A stretch of 64,000 nucleotides of DNA from positions 295,244,001-295,308,000 of the forward strand of contig OZ024740.1 of NCBI GenBank assembly GCA_964016885.1, given 5' to 3'. This DNA comes from Eledone cirrhosa (Eukaryota). Numbering within the stretch: position 1 is the stretch's first letter; every line of letters starts with the position of its first letter. The notes beneath the pieces are model-generated. The model saw only the letters and a program-made list of their open reading frames with translations. It was not told the DNA's origin and did not search any database. Position numbers and translations under genes: made by a program. This document shows positions 11,157 to 24,160 of the stretch, in pieces.

Positions 11157-13986
11157 ATCCATTTTTTATTTCGGTGATCCATTTTCTATTTGGGGGATCC
11201 ATTTTTTATTTCGGTGATCCATTTTTTATTTGGGTGATCCATTTTTTATTTGATGGATCTCCCAAATAAAAAATGGATCACCCAAATAAAAAATGGATCC
11301 CCCAAATAAAAAATGGATACCCCAAATAAAAAATGGATCACCCAAATAAAAAATGGACCCCCAAATAAAAAATGGATCACCCAAATAAAAAATGGATCAC
11401 CCAAATAAAAAATGGATACCCAAATAAAAAATGGATCACGCAAATAAAAAATGGATCCCCCAAATAGAAAATGGATCACCCAAATAAAAAATGGATCCCC
11501 CAAATAAAAAATGGTTCACCCAAATAAAAAATGGATCCCCCAAATAAAAAATGGATCCCCCAAATAAAAAATGGATCCCCCAAATAAAAAATGGATCACC
11601 CAAATTAAAAATGGATCACCCAAATAAAAAATGGATCGCCCAAATAAAAAATGGATCACCCAAATAAAAAATGGATCACCCAAATAAAAAATGGATCCCC
11701 CAAATAAAAAATAGATCCCCCAAATAAAAAATGGATCCCCCAAATAAAAAATGGATCACCCTAATAAAAAATGGATCACCCAAATATAAAATGGATCCCC
11801 CAAATAAAAAATGGATCACCCTAATAAAAAATGGATCCCCCCAAATAAAAAATGGATCACCCAAATAAAAAATGGATCCCTTTTTTATTTAGCGGATCCA
11901 TTTTTTATTTCGGGGATCCATTTTTTATTTGGCTGATCCATTTTTTATTTGGGTGATCCATTCTTTATTTGGGGGCTCCATTTTTTATTTGGGTGATCCA
12001 TTTTTAATTTGGGTGATCCATTTTTTATTTGGGGGATCCATTTTTTATTTGGGTGATCCATTTTTTATTTGGGGGATCCATTTTTTATTTCGGTGATCCA
12101 TTTTTTATTTGGGTGATCCATTTTTTATTTGGGGGATCCATTTTTTATTTGGGTGATCCATTTTTTATTTGGTGGATCCAATTTTTATTTGGGGGATCCA
12201 TTTTTTATTTGGGTGATCCATTTTTTATTTGGGGTATCCATTTTTAATTTGGGTGATCCATTTTTTATTTGGGTGATCCATTTTTTATTTGAGGGATACA
12301 TTTTTTATTTGGGGGATCCATTTTTTATTTGATGGATCTCCCAAATAAAAAATGGATCACCCAAATAAAAAATGGATCACCCAAATTGATGCTGAAATAT
12401 TCTGGAAAAATTGACGAAATTTTCTGGAAAAAATGCCGAAAGTTTAGGGAAAAAAATGATGAAATTTTCGGCAAAAATTGACATTTTCGGGAAAGAATGA
12501 CGAAAGTTTCGGCAAAAAGTGACGAAATTTTCTGGAAAAAACGTCGAAATTTTCGACAAAAATTGTTGAAATTTTCGGCAGAAATTGTTGAAATTTTCGG
12601 CTGAAACTGACGAAATTTTCGGGAAAAAATGACGAAATTTCCGGCAAAAATTTACGAAATTTTCATGTAAAAATGATGAAATTTTCTGTAAAACTTGACG
12701 AAAGTTTCGGGAAAAAATACTGAAATTTTCTGGAAAAAATGACGAAATTTTTAGCAAAAATGACGAAATTTTCTGGCAAAATTGACGAAATATCCTGGAT
12801 AAATTGACGAAATATTCGGCAAAAAATGTCGAAATTTTTTTGAAAAAATGACGAAATTATCGGCAAAAAATGATGAAATTTTCGGGAAAAATTGACGAAA
12901 TTTTCTTTGATAAATGCCGAAATTTTCGGGAAAAAACGTCGAAATTTTCGGCTGAAAATGACGAAATTTTCGGGAAAAAATGATGAAATTTTTGGCAAAA
13001 ATTGACTAAATTTTCCGGAAAAAATGACGAAATATTCGGCAAAAAATGACGAAATTTTCGTGAAAAAATGCCGAAATTTTCCGCAAAAATTGACTAAATT
13101 TTCGGGGAAAATTGACGAAATTTTCGGTAAAAAATCAGGAATTTTTAGGCAAAAATTGACGAAATTTTCGGGAAAAATTGACGAAATTTTCGGGGGAAAA
13201 TGCCGAAACTTTAGGGAAAAAAATGATAAAATTTTCGGCAAAAATTGACTACATTTTCGGGAAAAAATGACGAAAGTTTCGGCAAAAAGTGACGAAATTT
13301 TCTTGGAAAAATGCCGAAATTTATCTGGAAAAAACGTCGAAATTTTCGGCAAAAATTGTTGAAATTTTCGGCTGAAATTGACGAAATTTTCGGGAAAAAA
13401 TGATGAAATTTTCGGCAAAAATTGACTAAATTTTCCGGAAAAAATCACGAAATTTTCGGCAAAAAATGACGAAATTTTCGTGAAAAAATGCCTAAATTTT
13501 CCGCAAAAATTGAATAAATTTTCTGTAAAAATTGACGAAATTTTCGGTAAAAAATGAGGAATTTTTAGGCAAAATTTTTAGGCAAAATTTTTAGGCGAAA
13601 TTTTCGGGAAAAAATGCCGAAATTTTAGGGGAAAAAATGATGAAATTTTCGGCAAGAATTGACGACATTTTCGGAAAAAAATGACGAAAGTTTCGGGAAA
13701 AAATGCCTAAATTTTCGGGAAAAAAGGACGAAATTTTCGGTAAAAAGTGACGAAATTTTCGGCAAAAATTGACGAAATTTTCGGCAGAATTTGACGAAAT
13801 TTTCTTCAAAAAAATCCGAAATTTTCGGCAAAAATTGACGATATTTTCGGGAAAAAACGCCGAAATTTTCGAGGAAAAATGAAAAAATTTTCGGCCAAAA
13901 TGACGAAATTTTCGGGAAAAAACGACGAAATTTACGTGAAAAAATGCCCAAATGTTCGGAAAAAATGACGAAATTTTCGGCAAAAA

Positions 13987-14068
13987 TTAGGAGGTAGAAT
14001 CTTAGGGGGTAGAACCTTAGGAGGTAAAACCTTAGGAGGTAGAACCAAGGGGTAGAACCTTAGGGGGA
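13987..14068 (+). repeat. TTAGG cassette copy 6
   Basis: Direct sequence match. Confidence 0.95.
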
Positions 14069-15733
14069 ATCCATTTTTTATTTCGGTGATCCATTTTCTA
14101 TTTGGGGGATCCATTTTTTATTTCGGTGATCCATTTTTTATTTGGGTTATCCATTTTTTATTTGATGGATCTCCCAAATAAAAAATGGATCACCCAAATA
14201 AAAAATGGATCACCCAAATAAAAAATGGATCACCCAAATAAAAACTTGATCCTCCAAATAAAAAATGGATCACCCAAATAAAAAATGGATCCCCCAAATA
14301 AAAAATGGATCCCCCAAATAAAAAATGGATCCCCCAAATAAAAAATGGATCACCCAAATAAAAACTGGATGCCCCAAATAAAAAATGGATCCCCCAAATA
14401 AAAAATTGATCACCCAAATAAAAAATGGATCGCCCAAATAAAAAATGGATCCAAAAAATTAAAAATGGATCACCCAAATAAAAAATGGATCCCTTTTTTA
14501 TTTAGCGGATCCATTTTTTATTTCGGGGATCCATTTTTTATTTGGCTGATCCATTTTTTATTTGGGTGATCCATTCTTTATTTGGGGGATCCATTTTTTA
14601 TTTGGGTGATCCATTTTTAATTTGGGTGATCCATTTTTTATTTGGGGGATCCATTTTTTATTTGGGTGATCCATTTTTTATTTGGGGGATCCATTTTTTA
14701 TTTCGGTGATCCATTTTTTATTTGGGTGATCCATTTTTTATTTGGGGGATCCATTTTTTATTTGGGTGATCCATTTTTTATTTGGGGTATCCATTTTTAA
14801 TTTGGGTGATCCATTTTTTATTTGGGTGATCCATTTTTTATTTGAGGGATACATTTTTTATTTGGGGGATCCATTTTTTATTTGATGGATCTCCCAAATA
14901 AAAAATGGATCACCCAAATAAAAAATGGATCACCCAAATTGATGCTGAAATATTCTGGAAAAATTGACGAAATTTTCTGGAAAAAATGCCGAAAGTTTAG
15001 GGAAAAAAATGATGAAATTTTCGGCAAAAATTGACGACATTTTCGGGAAAGAATGACGAAAGTTTCGGCAAAAAGTGACGAAATTTTCTGGAAAAAACGT
15101 CGAAATTTTCGGCAAAAATTGTTGAAATTTTCGGCTGAAATTGACGAAATTTTCGGGAAAAAATGATGAAATTTTCGGCAAAAATTGACTAAATTTTCCG
15201 GAAAAAATCACGAAATTTTCGGCAAAAATGACGAAATTTTCGTGAAAAAATGCCTAAATTTTCCGCAAAAATTGACTAAATTTTCTGTAAAAATTGACGA
15301 AATTTTCGGTCAATAATGAGGAATTTTTAGGCAAAAATTGACGAAATTTTCGGGAAAAAATGCCGAAATTTTAGGGGAAAAAATAATGAAATTTTCGGCA
15401 AAAATTGACGACATTTTCGGGAAAAAATGACGAAAGTTTCGGGAAAAAATGCCTAAATTTTCGGGAAAAAAGGACGAAATTTTCGGTAAAAAGTGACGAG
15501 ATTTTCGGCAAAAATTGACGAAATTTTCGGCAGAATTTGACGAAATTTTCTTCAAAAAAATCCGAAATTTTCGGCAAAAATTGACGATATTTTCGGGAAA
15601 AAACGCCGAAATTTTCGAGGAAAAATGAAAAGATTTTCGGCCAAAATGACGAAATTTTCGGGGAAAAACGACGAAATTTTCGTGAAAAAATGCCCAGATG
15701 TTCGGCAAAAAATGACGAAATTTTCGGCAAAAA

Positions 15734-15815
15734 TTAGGAGGTAGAATTTTAGGGGGTAGAACCTTAGGAGGTAAAACCTTAGGAGGTAGAACCAAGGGGT
15801 AGAACCTTAGGGGGA
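15734..15815 (+). repeat. TTAGG cassette copy 7
   Basis: Direct sequence match; agaatttta variant shared with copy 3. Confidence 0.95.
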
Positions 15816-18800
15816 ATCCATTTTTTATTTCGGTGATCCATTTTCTATTTGGGGGATCCATTTTTTATTTCGGTGATCCATTTTTTATTTGGGTGATCCA
15901 TTTTTTATTTGATGGATCTCCCAAATAAAAAATGGATCACCCAAATAAAAAATGGATCCCCCAAATAAAAAATGGATCACCCAAATAAAAAATGGATCAC
16001 CCAAATAAAAACTTGATCCTCCAAATAAAAAATTGATCACCCAAATAAAAAATGGATCCCCCAAATAAAAAATGGATCCCCCAAATAAAAAATGGATCCC
16101 CCAAATAAAAAATGGATCACCCAAATAAAAACTGGATCCCCCAAATAAAAATTGATCACCCAAATAAAAAATGGATCGCCCAAATAAAAAATGGATCCAA
16201 AAAATTAAAAATGGATCACCCAAATAAAAAATGGATCACCCAAATAAAAAATGGATACCCCAAATAAAAAATGGATCACCCAAATAAAAAATGGACCCCC
16301 AAATAAAAAATGGATCACCCAAATAAAAAATGGATCACCCAAATAAAAAATGGATACCCAAATAAAAAATGGATCACGCAAATAAAAAATGGATCCCCCA
16401 AATAAAAAATGGATCCCCCAAATAAAAAATGGATCCCCCAAATAAAAAATGGATCACCCAAATTAAAAATGGATCACCCAAATAAAAAATGGATCGCCCA
16501 AATAAAAAATGGATCACCCAAATAAAAAATGGATCACCCAAATAAAAAATGGATCCCCCAAATAAAAAATAGATCCCCCAAATAAAAAATGGATCCCCCA
16601 AATAAAAAATGGATCACCCTAATAAAAAATGGATCACCCAAATAAAAAATGGATCCCCCAAATAAAAAATGGATCACCCTAATAAAAAATGGATCCCCCG
16701 AAATAAAAAATGGATCACCCAAATAAAAAATGGATCCCTTTTTATTTAGCGGATCCATTTTTTATTTCGGGGATCCATTTTTTATTTTGCTGATCCATTT
16801 TTTATTTGGGTGATCCATTCTTTATTTGGGGGATCCATTTTTTATTTGGGTGATCCATTTTTAATTTGGGTGATCCATTTTTTATTTGGGGGATCCATTT
16901 TTTATTTGGGTGATCCATTTTTTATTTGGGGGATCCATTTTTTATTTGGGTGATCCATTTTTTATTTGGGTGATCCATTTTTTATTTGGGGGATCCATTT
17001 TTTATTTGGGTGATCCATTTTTTATTTGGTGGATCCAATTTTTATTTGGGGGATCCATTTTTAATTTGGGTGATCCATTTTTTATTTGGGTGATCCATTT
17101 TTTATTTGAGGGATACATTTTTTATTTGGGGGATCCATTTTTTATTTGATGGATCTCCCAAATAAAAAATGGATCACCCAAATAAAAAATGGATCACCCA
17201 AATTGATGCTGAAATATTCTGGAAAAAATGACGAAATTTTCTGGAAAAAATGACGAAATTTTCTGGAAAAATTGACGAAATATTCTGGATAAATTGACGA
17301 AATATTCGTGAAAAATGTCGAAATTTTTTGGAAACAATGACGAAATTTTCGGGAAATATTGACGAAATTTTCTGTGAAAAATGCCGAAATTTTCGGGGAA
17401 AACGTCGAAATTTTCGGCAAAAATTGTTGAAATTTTCGGCAGAAATTGTTGAAATTTTCGGCTGAAACTGACGAAATTTTCGGGAAAAAATGACGAAATT
17501 TCCGGCAAAAATTTACGAAATTTTCATGAAAAAATGATGAAATTTTCTGTAAAAATTGACGAAAGTTTCGGGAAAAAATACTGAAATTTTCTGGAAAAAA
17601 TGACGAAATTTTTAGCAAAAATGACGAAATTTTCTGGAAAAATCGACGAAATATCCTGGATAAATTGACGAAATATTCGGCAAAAAATGTCGAAATTTTT
17701 TTGAAAAAATGACGAAATTATCGGCAAAAAATGATGAAATTTTCGGGAAATATTGACGAAATTTTCTTTGATAAATGCCGAAATTTTCGGGAAAAAACGT
17801 CGAAATTTTCGGCTGAAACTGACGAAATTTTCGGGAAAAATGATGAAATTTTTGGCAAAAATTGACTAAATTTTCCGGAAAAAATGACGAAATATTCGGC
17901 AAAAAATGACGAAATTTTCGTGAAAAAATGCCGAAATTTTCCGCAAAAATTGACTAAATTTTCGGGGAAAATTGACGAAATTTTCGGTAAAAAATCAGGA
18001 ATTTTTAGGCAAAAATTGACGAAATTTTCGGGAAAAATTGACGAAATTTTCGGGGGAAAATGCCGAAACTTTAGGGAAAAAAATGATAAAATTTTCGGCA
18101 AAAATTGACTACATTTTCGGGAAAAAATGACGAAAGTTTCGGCAAAAAGTGACGAAATTTTCTTGGAAAAATGCCGAAATTTATCTGGAAAAAACGTCGA
18201 AATTTTCGGCAAAAATTGTTGAAATTTTCGGCTGAAATTGACGAAATTTTCGGGAAAAAATGATGAAATTTTCGGCAAAAATTGACTAAATTTTCCGGAA
18301 AAAATCACGAAATTTTCGGCAAAAAATGACGAAATTTTCGTGAAAAAATGCCGAAATTTTCCGCAAAAATTGACTAAATTTTCTGTAAAAATTGACGAAA
18401 TTTTCGGTAAAAAATGAGGAATTTTTAGGCAAAAATTGACGAAATTTTCGGGAAAAAATGCCGAAATTTTAGGGGAAAAAATGATGAAATTTTCGGCAAG
18501 AATTGACGACATTTTCGGAAAAAAATGACGAAAGTTTCGGGAAAAAATGCCTAAATTTTCGGGGAAAAAGGACGAAATTTTCGGTAAAAAGTGACGAAAT
18601 TTTCGGCAAAAATTGACGAAATTTTCGGCAGAATTTGACGAAATTTTCTTCAAAAAAATCCGAAATTTTCGGCAAAAATTGACGATATTTTCGGGAAAAA
18701 ACGCCGAAATTTTCGAGGAAAAATGAAAAAATTTTCGGCCAAAATGACGAAATTTTCGGGAAAAAACGACGAAATTTTCGTGAAAAAATGCCCAAATGTT

Positions 18801-18830
18801 CGGAAAAAATGACGAAATTTTCGGCAAAAA

Positions 18831-18912
18831 TTAGGAGGTAGAATCTTAGGGGGTAGAACCTTAGGAGGTAAAACCTTAGGAGGTAGAACCAAGGGGTAGA
18901 ACCTTAGGGGGA
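18831..18912 (+). repeat. TTAGG cassette copy 8
   Basis: Direct sequence match. Confidence 0.95.
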
Positions 18913-20657
18913 ATCCATTTTTTATTTCGGTGATCCATTTTCTATTTGGGGGATCCATTTTTTATTTCGGTGATCCATTTTTTATTTGGGTGATCCATTT
19001 TTTATTTGATGGATCTCCCAAATAAAAAATGGATCACCCAAATAAAAAATGGATCACCCAAATAAAAAATGGATCACCCAAATAAAAACTTGATCCTCCA
19101 AATAAAAAATGGATCACCCAAATAAAAAATGGATCCCCCAAATAAAAAATGGATCCCCCAAATAAAAAATGGATCCCCCAAATAAAAAATGGATCACCCA
19201 AATAAAAACTGGATGCCCCAAATAAAAAATGGATCCCCCAAATAAAAAATTGATCACCCAAATAAAAAATGGATCGCCCAAATAAAAAATGGATCCAAAA
19301 AATTAAAAATGGATCCAAAAAATTAAAAATGGATCACCCAAATAAAAAATGGATCCCTTTTTTATTTAGCGGATCCATGTTTTATTTCGGGGATCCATTT
19401 TTTATTTGGCTGATCCATTTTTTATTTGGGTGATCCATTCTTTATTTGGGGGATCCATTTTTTATTTGGGTGATCCATTTTTAATTTGGGTGATCCATTT
19501 TTAATTTGGGGGATCCATTTTTTATTTGGCTGATCCATTTTTTATTTGGGGGATCCATTTTTTATTTCGGTGATCCATTTTTTATTTGGGTGATCCATTT
19601 TTTATTTGGGGGATCCATTTTTTATTTGGGTGATCCATTTTTTATTTGGTGGATCCAATTTTTATTTGGGGGATCCATTTTTTATTTGGGTGATCCATTT
19701 TTTATTTGGGGTATCCATTTTTAATTTGGGTGATCCATTTTTTATTTGGGTGATCCATTTTTTATTTGAGGGATACATTTTTTATTTGGGGGATCCATTT
19801 TTTATTTGATGGATCTCCCAAATAAAAAATGGATCACCCAAATAAAAAATGGATCACCCAAATTGATGCTGAAATATTCTGGAAAAATTGACGAAATTTT
19901 CTGGAAAAAATGCCGAAAGTTTAGGGAAAAAAATGATGAAATTTTCGGCAAAAATTGACGACATTTTCGGGAAAGAATGACGAAAGTTTCGGCAAAAAGT
20001 GACGAAATTTTCTGGAAAAAACGTCGAAATTTTCGGCAAAAATTGTTGAAATTTTCGGCTGAAATTGACGAAATTTTCGGGAAAAAATGATGAAATTTTC
20101 GGCAAAAATTGACTAAATTTTCCGGAAAAAATCACGAAATTTTCGGCAAAAATGACGAAATTTTCGTGAAAAAATGCCTAAATTTTCCGCAAAAATTGAC
20201 TAAATTTTCTGTAAAAATTGACGAAATTTTCGGTCAATAATGAGGAATTTTTAGGCAAAAATTGACGAAATTTTCGGGAAAAAATGCCGAAATTTTAGGG
20301 GAAAAAATAATGAAATTTTCGGCAAAAATTGACGACATTTTCGGGAAAAAATGACGAAAGTTTCGGGAAAAAATGCCTAAATTTTCGGGAAAAAAGGACG
20401 AAATTTTCGGTAAAAAGTGACGAGATTTTCGGCAAAAATTGACGAAATTTTCGGAAGAATTTGACGAAATTTTCTTCAAAAATATCCGAAATTTTCGGCA
20501 AAAATTGACGATATTTTCGGGAAAAAACGCCGAAATTTTCGAGGGAAAATGAAAAGATTTTCGGCCAAAATGACGAAATTTTCGGGGAAAAACGACAAAA
20601 ATTTCGTGAAAAAATGCCCAAATGTTCGGCAAAAGATGACGAAATTTTCGGCAAAAA

Positions 20658-20739
20658 TTAGGAGGTAGAATCTTAGGGGGTAGAACCTTAGGAGGTAAAA
20701 CCTTAGGAGGTAGAACCAAGGGGTAGAACCTTAGGGGGA
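20658..20739 (+). repeat. TTAGG cassette copy 9
   Basis: Direct sequence match. Confidence 0.95.
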
Positions 20740-23700
20740 ATCCATTTTTTATTTCGGTGATCCATTTTCTATTTGGGGGATCCATTTTTTATTTCGGTGA
20801 TCCATTTTTTATTTGGGTGATCCATTTCTTATTTGATGGATCTCCCAAATAAAAAATGGATCACCCAAATAAAAAATGGATCCCCCAAATAAAAAATTGA
20901 TCACCCAAATAAAAAATGGATCCCCCAAATAAAAAATGGATCCCCCAAATAAAAAATGGATCCCCCAAATAAAAAATGGATCACCCAAATAAAAACTGGA
21001 TCCCCCAAATAAAAATTGGATCCCCGAAATAAAAAATTGATCACCCAAATAAAAAATGGATCGCCCAAATAAAAAATGGATCCAAAAAATTAAAAATGGA
21101 TCACCCAAATAAAAAATGGATCACCCAAATAAAAAATGGATACCCCAAATAAAAAATGGATCACCCAAATAAAAAATGGACCCCCAAATAAAAAATGGAT
21201 CACCCAAATAAAAAATGGATCACCCAAATAAAAAATGGATACCCAAATAAAAAATGGATCACGCAAATAAAAAATGGATCCCCCAAATAAAAAATGGATC
21301 ACCCAAATAAAAAATGGATCCCCCAAATAAAAAATGGATCACCCAAATAAAAAATGGATCCCCCAAATAAAAAATGGATCCCCCAAATAAAAAATGGATC
21401 CCCCAAATAAAAAATGGATCACCCAAATTAAAAATGGATCACCCAAATAAAAAATGGATCGCCCAAATAAAAAATGGATCACCCAAATAAAAAATGGATC
21501 ACCCAAATAAAAAATGGATCCCCCAAATAAAAAATAGATCCCCCAAATAAAAAATGGATCCCCCAAATAAAAAATGGATCAGCCTAATAAAAAATGGATC
21601 ACCCAAATAAAAAATGGATCCCCCAAATAAAAAATGGATCACCCTAATAAAAAATGGATCCCCCCAAATAAAAAATGGATCACCCAAATAAAAAATGGAT
21701 CCCTTTTTTATTTAGCGGATCCATTTTTTATTTCGGGGATCCATTTTTTATTTGGCTGATCCATTTTTTATTTGGGTGATCCATTCTTTATTTGGGGGAT
21801 CCATTTTTTATTTGGGTGATCCATTTTTAATTTGGGTGATCCATTTTTTATTTGGGGGATCCATTTTTTATTTGGGTGATCCATTTTTTATTTGGGGGAT
21901 CCATTTTTTATTTCGGTGATCCATTTTTTATTTGGGTGATCCATTTTTTATTTGGGGGATCCATTTTTTATTTGGGTGATCCATTTTTTATTTGGTGGAT
22001 CCAATTTTTATTTGGGGGATCCATTTTTTATTTGGGTGATCCATTTTTTATTTGGGGTATCCATTTTTAATTTGGGTGATCCATTTTTTATTTGGGTGAT
22101 CCATTTTTTATTTGAGGGATACATTTTTTATTTGGGGGATCCATTTTTTATTTGATGGATCTCCCAAATAAAAAATGGATCACCCAAATAAAAAATGGAT
22201 CACCCAAATTGATGCTGAAATATTCTGGAAAAAATGACGAAATTTTCTGGAAAAAATGACGAAATTTTCTGGAAAAATTGACGAAATATTCTGGATAAAT
22301 TGACGAAATATTCGTGAAAAATGTCGAAATTTTTTGGAAACAATGACGAAATTTTCGGGAAATATTGACGAAATTTTCTGTGAAAAATGCCGAAATTTTT
22401 TATTTCGGTGATCCATTTTCTATTTGGGGGATCCATTTTTTATTTGATGGATCTCCCAAATAAAAAATGGATCACCCAAATAAAAAATGGATCACCCAAA
22501 TAAAAAATGGATCACCCAAATAAAAACTTGATCCTCCAAATAAAAAATGGATCACCCAAATAAAAAATGGATCCCCCAAATAAAAAATGGATCCCCCAAA
22601 TAAAAAATGGATCCCCCAAATAAAAAATGGATCACCCAAATAAAAACTGGATGCCCCAAATAAAAAATGGATCCCCCAAATAAAAAATTGATCACCCAAA
22701 TAAAAAATGTATCGCCCAAATAAAAAATGGATCCAAAAAATTAAAAATGGATCACCCAAATAAAAAATGGATCCCTTTTTTATTTAGCGGATCCATTTTT
22801 TATTTCGGGGATCCATTTTTTATTTGGCTGATCCATTTTTTATTTGGGTGATCCATTCTTTATTTGGGGGGGGATCCATTTTTTATTTGGGTGATCCATT
22901 TTTAATTTGGGTGATCCATTTTTTATTTGGGGGATCCATTTTTTATTTGGGTGATCCATTTTTTATTTGGGGGATCCATTTTTTATTTCGGTGATCCATT
23001 TTTTATTTGGGTGATCCATTTTTTATTTGGGGGATCCATTTTTTATTTGGGTGATCCATTTTTTATTTGGTGGATCCAATTTTTATTTGGGGGATCCATT
23101 TTTTATTTGGGTGATCCATTTTTTATTTGGGGTATCCATTTTTAATTTGGGTGATCCATTTTTTATTTGGGTGATCCATTTTTTATTTGAGGGATACATT
23201 TTTTATTTGGGGGATCCATTTTTTATTTGATGGATCTCCCAAATAAAAAATGGATCACCCAAATAAAAAATGGATCACCCAAATTGATGCTGAAATATTC
23301 TGGAAAAATTGACGAAATTTTCTGGAAAAAATGCCGAAAGTTTAGGGAAAAAAATGATGAAATTTTCGGCAAAAATTGACGACATTTTCGGGAAAGAATG
23401 ACGAAAGTTTCGGCAAAAAGTGACGAAATTTTCTGGAAAAAACGTCGAAATTTTCGGCAAAAATTGTTGAAATTTTCGGCTGAAATTGACGAAATTTTCG
23501 GGAAAAAATGATGAAATTTTCGGCAAAAATTGACTAAATTTTCCGGAAAAAAATCACGAAATTTTCGGCAAAAATGACGAAATTTTCGTGAAAAAATGCC
23601 TAAATTTTCCGCAAAAATTGACTAAATTTTCTGTAAAAATTGACGAAATTTTCGGTAAAAAATGAGGAATTTTTAGGCAAAAATTGACGAAATTTTCGGG

Positions 23701-24078
23701 AAAAAATGCCGAAATTTTAGGGGAAAAAATGATGAAATTTTCGGCAAGAATTGACGACATTTTCGGAAAAAAATGACGAAAGTTTCGGGAAAAAATGCCT
23801 AAATTTTCGGGAAAAAAGGACGAAATTTTCGGTAAAAAGTGACGAAATTTTCGGCAAAAATTGACGAAATTTTCGGCAGAATTTGACGAAATTTTCTTCA
23901 AAAAAATCCGAAATTTTCGGCAAAAATTGACGATATTTTCGGGAAAAAACGCCGAAATTTTCGAGGAAAAATGAAAAAATTTTCGGCCAAAATGACGAAA
24001 TTTTCGTGAAAAAACGACGAAATTTTCGTGAAAAAATGCCCAAATGTTCGGAAAAAATGACGAAATTTTCGGCAAAAA

Positions 24079-24160
24079 TTAGGAGGTAGAATCTTAGGGG
24101 GTAGAACCTTAGGAGGTAAAACCTTAGGAGGTAGAACCAAGGGGTAGAACCTTAGGGGGA
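24079..24160 (+). repeat. TTAGG cassette copy 10
   Basis: Direct sequence match. Confidence 0.95.

Larger units (their letters stand above)
8360..13765 (+). repeat. Near-perfect tandem duplication, unit 2694 bp
   Basis: Constant offset 2694 for ORFs 8552/11246, 9335/12029, 9969/12663; shared private variants (aaatagaaaa, ggttcaccc, aaatataaaa, gggctcc, 13-bp triplication). Confidence 0.92.

Noticed and set aside
22866-22873. G8 run in one C monomer
   Set aside because: A single private homopolymer expansion from slippage or sequencing error, with no wider pattern.
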